Source: Alphaproteobacteria bacterium
Lineage (GTDB): Bacteria > Pseudomonadota > Alphaproteobacteria > JABAAW01
Length of the DNA stretch: 62,448 bases
Direction of reading: 5' to 3'
Assembly: GCA_014237925.1 (NCBI GenBank)
Contig: JABACB010000006.1
Coordinates: 1 to 62,448 of the forward strand
The notes beneath the pieces are model-generated. The model was given only the letters and a program-made list of their open reading frames with translations, searched no databases and was not told where the DNA came from. Shown one piece after another: positions 9,020 through 18,744 of this stretch; the stretch's first letter is position 1; each line of letters begins with the position of its first letter. Position numbers and translations under genes: made by a program.

Positions 9020-10438
9020 TTACGGAGCAGGCAAGACAAGCGGACGAGGCGCAGACAGAGCCTCGTCCGCCTGTTTTTCGATGCTGGCTTGTGTGCGCAA
9101 ATTTTCGACAAGGCTGAGCGCGAGCGCGCGCGCGCGTATCAAGCGCAGATTCCTTGTCAGTTCTTCGAACGAATCGCCTCGATCGGCTGCTTGCTGCTTG
9201 TCGCAGAGCGTTATCATGACGATCAAACTTTGCGCGAAAGGAAAAGGACCTGCTGTCTCGCCGATCGATAGCGTCGCGAGTCCCTGCTTCAATTCGGAGT
9301 TGAGATCGGCTTCGGGAATGTCGTCGAAGGTTTGCAAGTCGTAGTAGCCCAACGACAGCGAGGCTTCTCGCGGCGCGGTGCAGAAACTCGGATTGGCGAG
9401 GATGGATACCTGTTCTGCTCCGAACCCGCTTTGCAAAAAGAATGTTTGTACGAAGCTGTAGCGCGTGGTTGTTTTCTTGTCGACATGCCGCGTGACGCGA
9501 TAGAGATGCACGCCGTAGGGCGAGGTGACAGGAGGGAGGATTCCGCTTGCTCTGCCTTTCCTTCGTGCGAGCGCGTCGAGGACGGCGGGCGGCAGGTCGC
9601 TCTTGTAGAGCAGCTGGGTTGCCAGCCCTTCGTGCGCGTAAGGCGCGGGCAGGATGCGGGCGACCTTCGCAAATACGCCTCCTCTTCTCGAAGAGCGCGA
9701 GGAGCGCGAGGCTTGCGATTGCAAGGAACGATAGAGCGTATTAGCGAAATCGCGCGTGTTTTTTCCCGCCTCCAACCTTGGCAAAAAGATTTCTTCGAGG
9801 CGATAGCGCGGCTCATAGGCGTTCGCGCGCAAGCGCGTGCGCTCGTCGAGCGTGTCTTCAGGCGTGACCGGCGCGTTGAACTCTGCAACGCGCCCGACAT
9901 AGCCCTCCCAAACGAGCTCGTGTCGCGCGAAGGCTTCCCAGAACGATCGCTCCGTCTTCCCGCTCGCCCTCGTTGTCAAGAGCGACAGCCTCTTCTTCAC
10001 GGCATTCTCTGCCACAGGAAGCGCGCGTTCTTTGATCAGATGCCGCTGTTGCAAGATTTTTTGCAACAACAAGTCGAGCGTCAAAGCTTGACGGTTTTGC
10101 TTGTCGAGTCGCAAGGCGGGCAGCAGATTGGCAAGCCTTTTTTGCAAAAGGGCACTGCGTCTCGCCACATCGCGTTCGGTGACGATCACACCGTCGATTT
10201 GCGCGACGATCTCCGCCGTCATCTCTGCGGCGGTCGCCTTCGCTGCCAGTCCGAACAGCAAGCCGCCCAGCAACAAGCCCGACGCGACAACAACCCCCGT
10301 CATCCCAGCGGCGATTTTTGCGAGCAGGCGTAGACCCGCGAGATCAGGAGAAATCGAAGCGGAGGGACGCATTGTAGGATTCGCTGTCCTCGCGGTCGCT
10401 GTAGATGGTGCGATCATAGGAGAGCTTAAGAGTGACAC
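9020..10438 (-). CDS. surA: SurA-type periplasmic chaperone/PPIase (diverged); true start probably downstream of 10438
   Basis: IVA.IDG..VT..DV N-terminal motif, parvulin-like F...A...P..SPYGVH; lies between lptD and pdxA. Confidence 0.7.
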   Translation of the reverse strand: MSLLSSPMIAPSTATARTANPTMRPSASISPDLAGLRLLAKIAAGMTGVVVASGLLLGGLLFGLAAKATAAEMTAEIVAQIDGVIVTERDVARRSALLQKRLANLLPALRLDKQNRQALTLDLLLQKILQQRHLIKERALPVAENAVKKRLSLLTTRASGKTERSFWEAFARHELVWEGYVGRVAEFNAPVTPEDTLDERTRLRANAYEPRYRLEEIFLPRLEAGKNTRDFANTLYRSLQSQASRSSRSSRRGGVFAKVARILPAPYAHEGLATQLLYKSDLPPAVLDALARRKGRASGILPPVTSPYGVHLYRVTRHVDKKTTTRYSFVQTFFLQSGFGAEQVSILANPSFCTAPREASLSLGYYDLQTFDDIPEADLNSELKQGLATLSIGETAGPFPFAQSLIVMITLCDKQQAADRGDSFEELTRNLRLIRARALALSLVENLRTQASIEKQADEALSAPRPLVLPAP

Positions 10439-12848
10439 AGCTACCCTTGTAGGTCAAGGAAAAGCCTATTGGTACGCTGTGTCCCAAGAAACCGTACCCT
10501 GCGGAAAGGTCGAATTGCCATCGCTGTCGCAAGCGCAGGCTGCTTTCGACGGTGATGTCCTGCTCGTAGAACGAAGGAGAGTCGAAGGCGCGGAACTCTT
10601 TGTAGGCGAGCGTCAAGGTGAAAAATTCTCCCTTCGTCTCCGCTTCTGCACGCTGACTGAGCAGGCGCATGTTCGGCAGCTCCCAAGTCGTGTCGTATGC
10701 GAACGAGAGTCGATCCTTCCAGCTTGCGCGTGCCCCTGTCCATAGTCGCCCTGAGAGATCGTCACGCTTCTGTCGCAACAGGGTGGGGGCTGCGAACAAC
10801 GCCGCGGAGCTTCCTTGCGCTCCCCTGACCCCGAGCTCTGCTGCGACGAGCAACCTCTGTCCCCCTTCGAGCGTACTGTCGAAAGCTAAACGATCGCCCA
10901 GCCTCGCTCCCGTCTCGTAGAAGGTCGCTCTGCCACCGACCTTGTCGTGCAGCGTGTCGCGCAGTGTGGGTGGGCTGTCGTCGTCAAGGGTCGCGTAGAA
11001 CTCAAGCATAGGACGCAGGTACAGAGTGCGCTTGCCCTTCTTGGAACTTTTTGCAAAAAGTCCTTCGAAGCTCTGCTGAAATTCGGGCAGGAAGAGGACG
11101 GCGTCTCCTTCTTGCGTATCGTGCCAGTATGTCGTTGCGAGGTTGAACGCGGTTCGGCTGACGAAGCTGAAGGGCAGGTTTTCTCGCCATTCGAGCGCGA
11201 CGGCTGCGCTGACAAGGTCTTGTCGAAAGGCTTCCTGTTCTTCGATGACGGTGTCGATGGCTTGTTGCGCGTCCTGGGCGGCGCCTCGCCACAAGCTCTC
11301 GATCTTCCACGAGCCACCGCCTTTCTGCGAGCGCGCGAAGGTGCCGCCATTGTTATAGACAAGCTCCGGCAGCAACATGGCATCGGCACGCGGTACCGTC
11401 AGCAGCTCGCGCTGTTCTTCCAGCGTCAAGCGCGCGTATCCGTTGCGCGAGAAGTGTTCGATGCGCGCGTGATCGGTGAGACTTGAGGGCGCGCTCGTCG
11501 AAAAGATATCCACGCCTTGCCCGTAGTTGCGGAGGTACAGGCGGTCTCCCACCCCGTGATAGAGGGCGTCGGCGCGCAGTCCCCAGGGAGCGCGCCAGCT
11601 CATCTTGCCGAATGCGAAAAATTGCGCGTCTGCGCCACTGCCTACCTGTCCGTGCGGCAGGCTCCAGCTTGCGGTCGCGTCGAACAGGTGTTCCACTTTG
11701 CTTGTCGTGTTTGCGCTTGTCGTGTTTGCGTTTGTCGTGCTTGCGTTTGGCGATGCTTGTTCGGTGTCCTTCGTTCCGCCTGCGCTCCAAGCGGCGCGTG
11801 TTTCGAAGCGACTGGCATCCCTGTTTTTTGTCGCGAAGATAGGAACATAGGTTACATCCCAGCCGCGATGCGGCGCCCAGTAGAGGGGAAGCGCGACATA
11901 CCACCCCCGCTGGCTGTTCTGCCCGTAGCGGGGCGGCAGCAGTCCGGACGCACGCACGCCGTTGCGCGGAAAGGACAAATAGGGCGAGTAGAAGATAGGC
12001 ACGCCGTAGATGTTCAAGCGCGGATTGTGCAAGTGGATGCGCGGCACTTCGCCGAACCATCCGTGCTTCTTGCCTTCAAAACGCTCCCAGCGCATGCGCG
12101 TGGCATCGACACGCCACAGAGGAGGAGTTTGAGAGCTCCGTTGTTTTGTCTCTTGCTCGTCATTCGTGGCGTCTGCGTCTGCGTCTGCGTCTGGGTCTGG
12201 GTCTGGGTCTGGGTCTGCGTCTCTCTGCTCCTGCTTTGCCAGCGCGTCCGCGCAGATGGGGCAACGGGTGTAGCGTATGTCGTTAAAAATCCAATCGTCT
12301 TGTTTGTGTCGTTTTCGTTTGCGTCGGTGGAAGGTCGCGGCGCTGAGCCCGCCGTGCCTCTCGGTCCCGCGCCATCCCAAGCCTTCGCCTTTCAGAGGTT
12401 GCAGAGAGTCGTCGGTTTCCAAATATTGAAAAAAGATCACCTCGCCTGAATGGAGTCGCAAAGCGCCTTGCGTCTTGCGGTTGCGTCCTTTGCCGAAGTT
12501 TCCTCCTTGTGCGCGGACAGTTCCTTCCGTCCCGTCGTAGTCGAGACGGTCGGTCAGAATGAGGATCCGTCCGTTGTTGCGGTGCACTTGCAGCCGTACC
12601 TCCCCTTGCGCACGGAAATGTCGCGCCGTGCCTTCGTAGAGGATTTCGTCTGCCCACAGGCGGTCGTTGTTCTTTTCGTCTCGCGGCATCGCTTTGGCGG
12701 GCAAAACTCCCAGCCAACAACCGAGCAAATGGAAAAGCGCGATGCCGACGAGGACGGATAAGCTTGTCTTGTAGCTTGTTTCGCAGCTTGTTTCGCGGCT
12801 TGTTTTGCGTCGAAGTTCTCGTTCTCGTCGCGCCCGTGCCTTGTGCAT
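10344..12848 (-). CDS. lptD: LPS-assembly outer-membrane protein LptD
   Basis: AD.I.Y, YT.C..C, P.W, YGVPIFY.PY.S.P and R.SGLLPP motifs; C-terminal barrel; lptFG-lptD-surA synteny. Confidence 0.85.
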   Translation of the reverse strand: MHKARARRERELRRKTSRETSCETSYKTSLSVLVGIALFHLLGCWLGVLPAKAMPRDEKNNDRLWADEILYEGTARHFRAQGEVRLQVHRNNGRILILTDRLDYDGTEGTVRAQGGNFGKGRNRKTQGALRLHSGEVIFFQYLETDDSLQPLKGEGLGWRGTERHGGLSAATFHRRKRKRHKQDDWIFNDIRYTRCPICADALAKQEQRDADPDPDPDPDADADADATNDEQETKQRSSQTPPLWRVDATRMRWERFEGKKHGWFGEVPRIHLHNPRLNIYGVPIFYSPYLSFPRNGVRASGLLPPRYGQNSQRGWYVALPLYWAPHRGWDVTYVPIFATKNRDASRFETRAAWSAGGTKDTEQASPNASTTNANTTSANTTSKVEHLFDATASWSLPHGQVGSGADAQFFAFGKMSWRAPWGLRADALYHGVGDRLYLRNYGQGVDIFSTSAPSSLTDHARIEHFSRNGYARLTLEEQRELLTVPRADAMLLPELVYNNGGTFARSQKGGGSWKIESLWRGAAQDAQQAIDTVIEEQEAFRQDLVSAAVALEWRENLPFSFVSRTAFNLATTYWHDTQEGDAVLFLPEFQQSFEGLFAKSSKKGKRTLYLRPMLEFYATLDDDSPPTLRDTLHDKVGGRATFYETGARLGDRLAFDSTLEGGQRLLVAAELGVRGAQGSSAALFAAPTLLRQKRDDLSGRLWTGARASWKDRLSFAYDTTWELPNMRLLSQRAEAETKGEFFTLTLAYKEFRAFDSPSFYEQDITVESSLRLRQRWQFDLSAGYGFLGHSVPIGFSLTYKGSCVTLKLSYDRTIYSDREDSESYNASLRFDFS

Positions 12849-12856
12849 GGGAACCT

Positions 12857-13921
12857 CTACGAGAACAGAAGTTCGTTGCGCACGAGGAAGCCCGTGGCGC
12901 AGGCGAGGGCGAGGGGAATGCCGAGCGTAGGAAGGAGGGGGTGGAGGCTATCGGCAAACACGCGCGACCAAGCGATATGGCGAAGAAACTCGATGCTGCT
13001 AGGCAACAGCACGACGAACAGCGCCATGCGTGCGCCCGTCGTGCGATGCGGCAATGTCAGACACAGGGCGTAGGCGAGTACGCCGAAGCTTGCGTAGAAC
13101 AGAGGCAGGCTGAGCAGGAACAGCGCACGGTCGACGAAGGGCTTGGTGTTGTGCGCATTCGCTCGCGCGGCACGAAAGGCTTGCGGCAGATTGACGAGCG
13201 ACAAGACTTGCGGGTCGGGTTGCAGCGCGTGAGCGAGCGCTGCCAAGTCGGTTTCGATGGCGAAACGTTCTTGGCGGACATGCGTTCTGTCTCCTGTTGC
13301 GTCCAAGCGCGTTGCGTCTTGGATCACCCATGCGGTGGGTTCTATGCGTCCGCTGCGTGCCGAGAAGACGCTTTGCACGCGAAAGCTCTCGTCGAGCAGA
13401 AGCACGCGAGCATCGCGGAACGCGCCGTTGTGCAGACGATAGTGATCGGCGAACAGCATGAGTTTTGTCCCTTGTTGCGCGTTGCGTACGATCTGCAGGC
13501 TGCGGAGGACGACTCGGTCGACGTTCCCATCGGCGAGGTGTTTCCAGTTCTCGACAAGGGTTGCATGCAGCGTTCCGAAGAGCAGTCCGCAGAGAACGGC
13601 GTTGCGCCACAGGATGTTTCTTGCGCCGAGGAGGTGGTATTGCAGAAATTCTCTCCGTCGCCAGAGCGACCAAAATCCGACGAGGAACCCCGCCAATCCG
13701 GCGTATGCCATCGTCTCCGAAGCGTATTTCGGAAGATGCCTGATGCGGTTGCGCAGGATATCTGCGAAGACGGAGCTCGTCTCCTGTCCGACCGCATCGC
13801 TGAGGCGGTTCATCGAGTGCTCGACGATCCCCAAGACGAAGACGCTGATCGTCAGCACTGCCCACACGCCGCCCAAGTGCAGCGCAAGGTGTTTCAACAG
13901 GAACCTTCCCAGCACGCTCAT
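12857..13921 (-). CDS. lptG: LPS export permease LptG-like
   Basis: Three TM helices, periplasmic beta-jellyroll (A..G....W...DA) and three more TM helices; synteny. Confidence 0.7.
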   Translation of the reverse strand: MSVLGRFLLKHLALHLGGVWAVLTISVFVLGIVEHSMNRLSDAVGQETSSVFADILRNRIRHLPKYASETMAYAGLAGFLVGFWSLWRRREFLQYHLLGARNILWRNAVLCGLLFGTLHATLVENWKHLADGNVDRVVLRSLQIVRNAQQGTKLMLFADHYRLHNGAFRDARVLLLDESFRVQSVFSARSGRIEPTAWVIQDATRLDATGDRTHVRQERFAIETDLAALAHALQPDPQVLSLVNLPQAFRAARANAHNTKPFVDRALFLLSLPLFYASFGVLAYALCLTLPHRTTGARMALFVVLLPSSIEFLRHIAWSRVFADSLHPLLPTLGIPLALACATGFLVRNELLFS

Positions 13922-13931
13922 CTACGCACGC

Positions 13932-15065
13932 TCATGTCTGTCGGGAGGCTTGGCGCACAGCCAAAGCACACGCGCCTGCGCACACGGCGGCGCTGAGAAC
14001 GAACACGGCAACCGTCGCCAAGCCGCCTCGTTCGGAGAGGGTGATGGCATAGATGTGAACCGTAGTGTAGACGATCAAAAAAGAGAAGGATGCCAGTCCG
14101 TTCCATCGCCCCTCGGAACGCGCTCCCCTCGACACAGAGAGGGCAAAGATTGCCAACACATAGATGGGGGCAAGCAACGGATAGGCGAGGCGCAAGACGA
14201 GCTCGCGCCTTGCCTGTTCTCCTTTGCGCAATGTCTCGGCATCGGGCGTCGCGGTGTCGGCGCGCTCCGCCTGTCGTACGCGCGCGATCCGCTCCAAGAG
14301 CAGGACGGTCGGTATTTCCAGCCGTGTCCACTCCCTCCATCGGTTCTGCCAATGTTGCGGCGGATTAAGAAGCTCCTCCAGTCCGTAGCGAAGCCTTTGA
14401 AAGCGAATCGTTTGCGAAACATTGCTGTCGAAACGCGACACGGTTCCGTTGTGCGCCTCGAACATCAGTCCGCCCGCGCTTCGCAACAGCCGTCCCGATT
14501 GCGCCGCGACGGTGGTGTGGCGTCCCTTCTTCTCGATCGTCAGCACGAGGTTGCGCAGCTCGTCGGGCAAGGGTTTCTCCTCGACCCACAGCTTCACGCC
14601 GTCGGTGAGCTCGGCAAAACGTCGCGGCTTCGTCGACAGGAAGAAGCGATCCGCGTAGAGATCGCTGACGCGAGAAAAATAAATCCTCGCCCCGTACGGA
14701 CCGAGCCACAGCGTAAACATCCACCCGATCAACGCACAAGAAAGCGCGAACAGCAGGAAGGGAACTTGCCATCGGCGAACGCCGTAACCTGAAGCCAGTC
14801 CGCCCAGCCACGCGCCCTCGCGCTGCCAGCCGCGCATGCACAAGAACGCGGCGAGACCTGCGGCGGGGGGGACGAAAAAACTCACATGCATCGGAATACC
14901 CGCAACGCAGGTTGCAACAACCGCCGAGAGGACCTGGTGGTGTTCCGAAATCAGACTGCTGTAGCGCAGAATCAGCACCGAGAAGAACAGCAACAAAAGA
15001 CTCGACAAGGCGAGAAAAAAGACAGCTGTCAGCGAAGAAAAAATATGGCGATCGAGAACGCGCAT
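13932..15065 (-). CDS. lptF: LPS export permease LptF-like
   Basis: Starts MRVLDRHIF; E......SG and P..F..L motifs; YjgP/Q topology. Confidence 0.75.
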   Translation of the reverse strand: MRVLDRHIFSSLTAVFFLALSSLLLLFFSVLILRYSSLISEHHQVLSAVVATCVAGIPMHVSFFVPPAAGLAAFLCMRGWQREGAWLGGLASGYGVRRWQVPFLLFALSCALIGWMFTLWLGPYGARIYFSRVSDLYADRFFLSTKPRRFAELTDGVKLWVEEKPLPDELRNLVLTIEKKGRHTTVAAQSGRLLRSAGGLMFEAHNGTVSRFDSNVSQTIRFQRLRYGLEELLNPPQHWQNRWREWTRLEIPTVLLLERIARVRQAERADTATPDAETLRKGEQARRELVLRLAYPLLAPIYVLAIFALSVSRGARSEGRWNGLASFSFLIVYTTVHIYAITLSERGGLATVAVFVLSAAVCAGACALAVRQASRQT

Positions 15066-15169
15066 GCATCCGGTGCGAACAAGGGGAGAGCGCGCATGAT
15101 AGAGCAAAACGGCGCGCGTATAAAGCACTGCACAACATTCTCAAGGGGGTAAACAGGCGCAAAAAAATA

Positions 15170-15270
15170 AGCGCAAGAGATAGGCACAAGAGATAGGCAC
15201 AAGAAATATCAGGCAAGAAATAATGACAAGAGATAACGACAAGAGGTAACGACAAGAGATAATGACAAGA
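15170..15270. repeat. Degenerate ~12 bp tandem array (acaagagataat/agg-type)
   Basis: Visible in the lptF/tRNA-Thr spacer. Confidence 0.8.
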
Positions 15271-15371
15271 AACGGGGGGAAAGTTTGCTAGCATGGGTTT
15301 TTTGTGCGCGGGTTTGCCAACCGCAGTCTGCCGAACGCAGTCTGCTGAACGCAGTCTGTCGAACGTAGTTT

Positions 15372-15443
15372 GCCGAAGTAGCTCAGGGGTAGAGCAACTG
15401 ATTCGTAATCAGTAGGCCGGGAGTTCGAATCTCCCCTTCGGCA
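15372..15443 (+). tRNA. tRNA-Thr(CGT), no encoded CCA
   Basis: Acceptor gccgaag/cttcggc; anticodon stem actga/tcagt with loop ttCGTaa; T-loop gttcgaat. Confidence 0.95.
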
Positions 15444-15485
15444 TCTTTTTGCGGTCGGTTCTCGAAGCGTCTTGGGAGGGACAAG

Positions 15486-16004
15486 ATGTGGCATTCTCCT
15501 GTTTTCGTCGCCTTCGGTAGCAACCTCGGCGACAAGAGGTCTCACATCGTCGCTGCGCGCAACGCCTTGGCTGCGAGAGAAGACATCGCCATCGAGAGCT
15601 TCTCGTCGCTCTATCGCAGTCGCGCGATGTACAACCGCGACCAACCCGATTTTCTCAACGCGGTCTGTCGTTGCAAGACGCGCTTGTCGCCCGCTTGTCT
15701 GCTCGCGTGCTTGAAGGAGGTGGAGCGCGAGTTGGGAAGGGTCGACGAGAAGCTGCGCTACACGCCGCGCGTGATCGACTTGGACTTGCTGTACTACGAG
15801 CAGCAAATCTTCAACGAGCAGGCGTTGATCGTTCCCCATCCCCGTCTTGCGGAGCGTTCTTTCGTGTTGGTGCCGCTTGCCGAGATCGCTCCTTCCTTTT
15901 GCGATCCGCAACACGGATGCTCGATCGTCGATCTGGCAACAACGCTCGAGCGCACAGGGCGGGCAGAGGCTCTTGAAAAAGTGTGCGATCAGGATGCGTC
16001 GTAG
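15486..16004 (+). CDS. folK: 2-amino-4-hydroxy-6-hydroxymethyldihydropteridine diphosphokinase
   Basis: GSNLGD, QPDFLNAV, PRVIDLDLL and PHPR...R.FVL.PL motifs. Confidence 0.96.
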   Translation: MWHSPVFVAFGSNLGDKRSHIVAARNALAAREDIAIESFSSLYRSRAMYNRDQPDFLNAVCRCKTRLSPACLLACLKEVERELGRVDEKLRYTPRVIDLDLLYYEQQIFNEQALIVPHPRLAERSFVLVPLAEIAPSFCDPQHGCSIVDLATTLERTGRAEALEKVCDQDAS

Positions 16005-16037
16005 CGCATCGTGGCATACGGCTCTGGCTCTTGACTC

Positions 16038-16157
16038 TTGTCTTGGATTATTTGTCTTGGATTATTTGTCTTGGATTATTTGTCTTGGATTATTTGTCTT
16101 GGCATTGATCTTGGCATTGATCTTGGCATTGATCTTGGCATTGATCTTGGCATTGAC
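16038..16157. repeat. 14 bp x4 (ttgtcttggattat) merging into 12 bp x5 (ttggcattgatc)
   Basis: Near-perfect tandem units in the folK/tRNA-Val spacer. Confidence 0.95.
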
Positions 16158-16181
16158 CTTTCGTGCGCCCTCGGCTAGGCT
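16153..16181 (+). promoter_or_regulatory. Putative sigma-70 promoter of tRNA-Val
   Basis: TTGACC-17 nt-TAGGCT ending 22 nt before the tRNA; consensus match only. Confidence 0.4.
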
Positions 16182-16203
16182 GGTTTTTGCGGCGGAATCC
16201 TGA

Positions 16204-16275
16204 GGGTGCGTAGCTCAGGGGTAGAGCGTTGCCTTCACACGGCAGAAGTCGTTGGTTCAATTCCAACCGCACCCA
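16204..16275 (+). tRNA. tRNA-Val(CAC), no encoded CCA
   Basis: Acceptor gggtgcg/cgcaccc; anticodon loop ttCACac; T-loop ggttcaatt. Confidence 0.95.
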
Positions 16276-16321
16276 TGCCTCTTCTTTTTGCGTCCTTTCT
16301 CCGCGCCTGCTTGTTTTGGAG

Positions 16322-17572
16322 ATGTCGTCTCTCGTGTTGCAAACCCTCGATCAGAAAGATCCTGTTGTCATCGTCGCCGCGCGTCGCACGCCGATCGGCA
16401 GCTTTCAAGGATGCCTCGCGCCCGCAGACGCTCCGTACCTCGCCGCCTGCTGCATCAAAGCTTGCCTGAAGGACATGGCTTGCAACGAGGAAGATGCTCG
16501 TCGTGTCTTTTCTGCCCGTAGTGTCTTTTCTGAAGGTCTTGTGGGTTGCGTGCTTTCCGCAGGAATCGGACAAGCACCAGCGCGTCAAGCCGTACGGGCA
16601 GCAGGCTTGCCCGACAGCGTGGGCGCGACCACAGTCAACAAGATGTGCGGCTCAGGTCTGAAGACGGTGATGATGGCGTGCGACTCCCTTGTACACAACG
16701 CCGATGCCGTGATCCTCGCCGGAGGCATGGAAAGCATGAGCTCCGCCCCGTACCTGTTGCGCGCGCGCGGCGGCTTGCGAATGGGACACGCACGCCTGCT
16801 AGACCACATGCTGTGCGACGGCTTGGAGGACGCCTATCCTCAAGAGGGCGAGGCAAAGAAGAGCATGGGCGTGTTTGCCGAAGAGACGGCGCAGGAGCTG
16901 CAAATCTCGCGCAAGGAGATGGACGACTTCGCCATCCGCTCCTTGAACGAGGCACGGCGTGCCAACGAGGACGGAAGCTTCGAGGGCGAAATCGTTCCCA
17001 TCACGCTACCCTCGCGCAAGCAGGCTTCGGTCGTGCAAAAAGACGAGCAACCCTTCAAAGCCGACCTCGCCAAGATTCCGCGTCTGAAAGGAGCCTTTGT
17101 CAAGGACGGCAGCATCACGGCAGCGAACGCCTCGTCCATCTCCGACGGAGCTGCCATGCTCGTCTTGGCACGAAGATCGTTTGCAGAACGACAGGGCTGG
17201 AAGCCACTGGCAAGCATCAACGCTGTCTCCGCGCACGCACGCGAACCGCAACGTTTCACGCTCGCTCCCATCGAGGCGTTGCAAAAACTCGAACGGGCTT
17301 GCGGATGGGGCTTCGAGAATGTCGATCTGTTTGAAATCAACGAGGCATTCGCCGTCGTCACCTTGGCTGCAATGCACGCCTTGCGCTTGCCCGCCGAGCG
17401 CGTCAATGTCAACGGCGGCGCGTGTGCACTCGGACATCCCATCGGCGCATCAGGCGCACGCATTCTCACAACCCTCCTCCACGCCCTGCACCGAAGAAAC
17501 TTGACGCGCGGCATGGCCGCGATTTGCATCGGCGGCGGCGAGGCGCTCGCCATCGCTATCGAACGCTTGTAG
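16322..17572 (+). CDS. Acetyl-CoA C-acyltransferase (thiolase)
   Basis: NKMCGSG, AGGMESMS, EINEAFA, GHPIGASG and CIGGG motifs; start moved to ATG 16322 after the tRNA. Confidence 0.96.
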   Translation: MSSLVLQTLDQKDPVVIVAARRTPIGSFQGCLAPADAPYLAACCIKACLKDMACNEEDARRVFSARSVFSEGLVGCVLSAGIGQAPARQAVRAAGLPDSVGATTVNKMCGSGLKTVMMACDSLVHNADAVILAGGMESMSSAPYLLRARGGLRMGHARLLDHMLCDGLEDAYPQEGEAKKSMGVFAEETAQELQISRKEMDDFAIRSLNEARRANEDGSFEGEIVPITLPSRKQASVVQKDEQPFKADLAKIPRLKGAFVKDGSITAANASSISDGAAMLVLARRSFAERQGWKPLASINAVSAHAREPQRFTLAPIEALQKLERACGWGFENVDLFEINEAFAVVTLAAMHALRLPAERVNVNGGACALGHPIGASGARILTTLLHALHRRNLTRGMAAICIGGGEALAIAIERL

Positions 17573-17760
17573 AACGCTTCTTCGCTTCTTGGAACGCTTG
17601 TTTTGGAACGCTTCTTGGAACGCTTATGATGGAACGCTTATGATGGAACGCTTATGATAGACAGGCAGCCTCGCGTGTTCTATCCTCGCTAAAGAGAAAG
17701 AGTTCTTGTCGCAGACTTTCATTTTTTGTCTTCCAAGATCGTACCAAGATCGTTTTTTCT

Positions 17761-18726
17761 ATGCCCCCTCCCCTTTGGCGTCTCGGCACGCGACGCTCGC
17801 CCCTTTCGCGCGAACAATCTTTGCAAGCTCAGCGCTTTTTGCGTTCCGCCCTTGCCGAAAAGTCGGGTGCAGAGATTCCCACGATGGAGGTGCAGGGGTT
17901 TGTTGCAAGCGGCGACCGTATTCTCGATCGTCCGCTTGCCGAGGTAGGCGGCAAGGGGCTTTTTACCAAAGAGCTCGATCGCGCGCTGCTGGACGGCGAG
18001 ATCGACTTGGCGGTGCATTCGGCGAAAGACATGGAATCGACGCTCGCTACAGGCACGACGATCGCTGCCTATCTGCCGCGCGGCGAGCGGCGCGATTGTC
18101 TGGTGATGCGCAACCCTGAAGGCGGCGGGCTTGCCAGCTTGTCGCGCGGCGCGAACCTCGGCACCTCGTCGCCGCGCCGCGAAGCGCTTGTCAGGACGAT
18201 ACGACCCGATCTCAACATTCGAACATTGCGCGGCAACATCGACCGAAGACTCAGAAGCCTCGACGAAGGCGACAACGATGCCATCGTCATGGCGCGTTGC
18301 GCTTTGCAAAGGCTAGGCATCACCGTGCCCTTGTGCATGCTGGACGAAGAAAACTTCCTGCCCGCAGCAGGACAGGGTGCGATCGCGCTGGTCGTCCGAT
18401 CGGAAGACGCTGCGCTGCTCGCGCTCTTGCGCGACATCTCCGACAAGACATGCCTTGCCGAAGTGACCGCCGAGCGCTCCTTCCTCCAAGCCGTCTCAGG
18501 AAGCTGCTACACGCCGCTGGGTGCGTCCGCGCGCTTGCGTGAGGGAGAACTCACCCTGACGGCTTTTGTCATCTCGATGGGGCAGAAGAAGCAGGCTACC
18601 GTCGTCGGTACGGAGGAGGAGGGCGACAAGCTCGGAGGCATCCTCGCGCGCCGTTTGGCAACATCAGAACTGGCAGCGCCCTTGTCGCAGACCCCCCTCT
18701 CGGAGGAGGCGGTCGAAAGACTCTGA
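17761..18726 (+). CDS. hemC: Hydroxymethylbilane synthase
   Basis: GTR.S.L, GGKGLFTKEL, AVHSAKD, GTSS.RR, RGNI..R and LPA.GQGA motifs. Confidence 0.97.
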   Translation: MPPPLWRLGTRRSPLSREQSLQAQRFLRSALAEKSGAEIPTMEVQGFVASGDRILDRPLAEVGGKGLFTKELDRALLDGEIDLAVHSAKDMESTLATGTTIAAYLPRGERRDCLVMRNPEGGGLASLSRGANLGTSSPRREALVRTIRPDLNIRTLRGNIDRRLRSLDEGDNDAIVMARCALQRLGITVPLCMLDEENFLPAAGQGAIALVVRSEDAALLALLRDISDKTCLAEVTAERSFLQAVSGSCYTPLGASARLREGELTLTAFVISMGQKKQATVVGTEEEGDKLGGILARRLATSELAAPLSQTPLSEEAVERL

Positions 18727-18744
18727 AGATCTGCTTGGGGTCTC

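Noticed and set aside
12764-14792. Long + strand ORFs (410 and 444 aa)
   Set aside because: Antisense shadows of lptG and lptF in GC-rich DNA; no motifs
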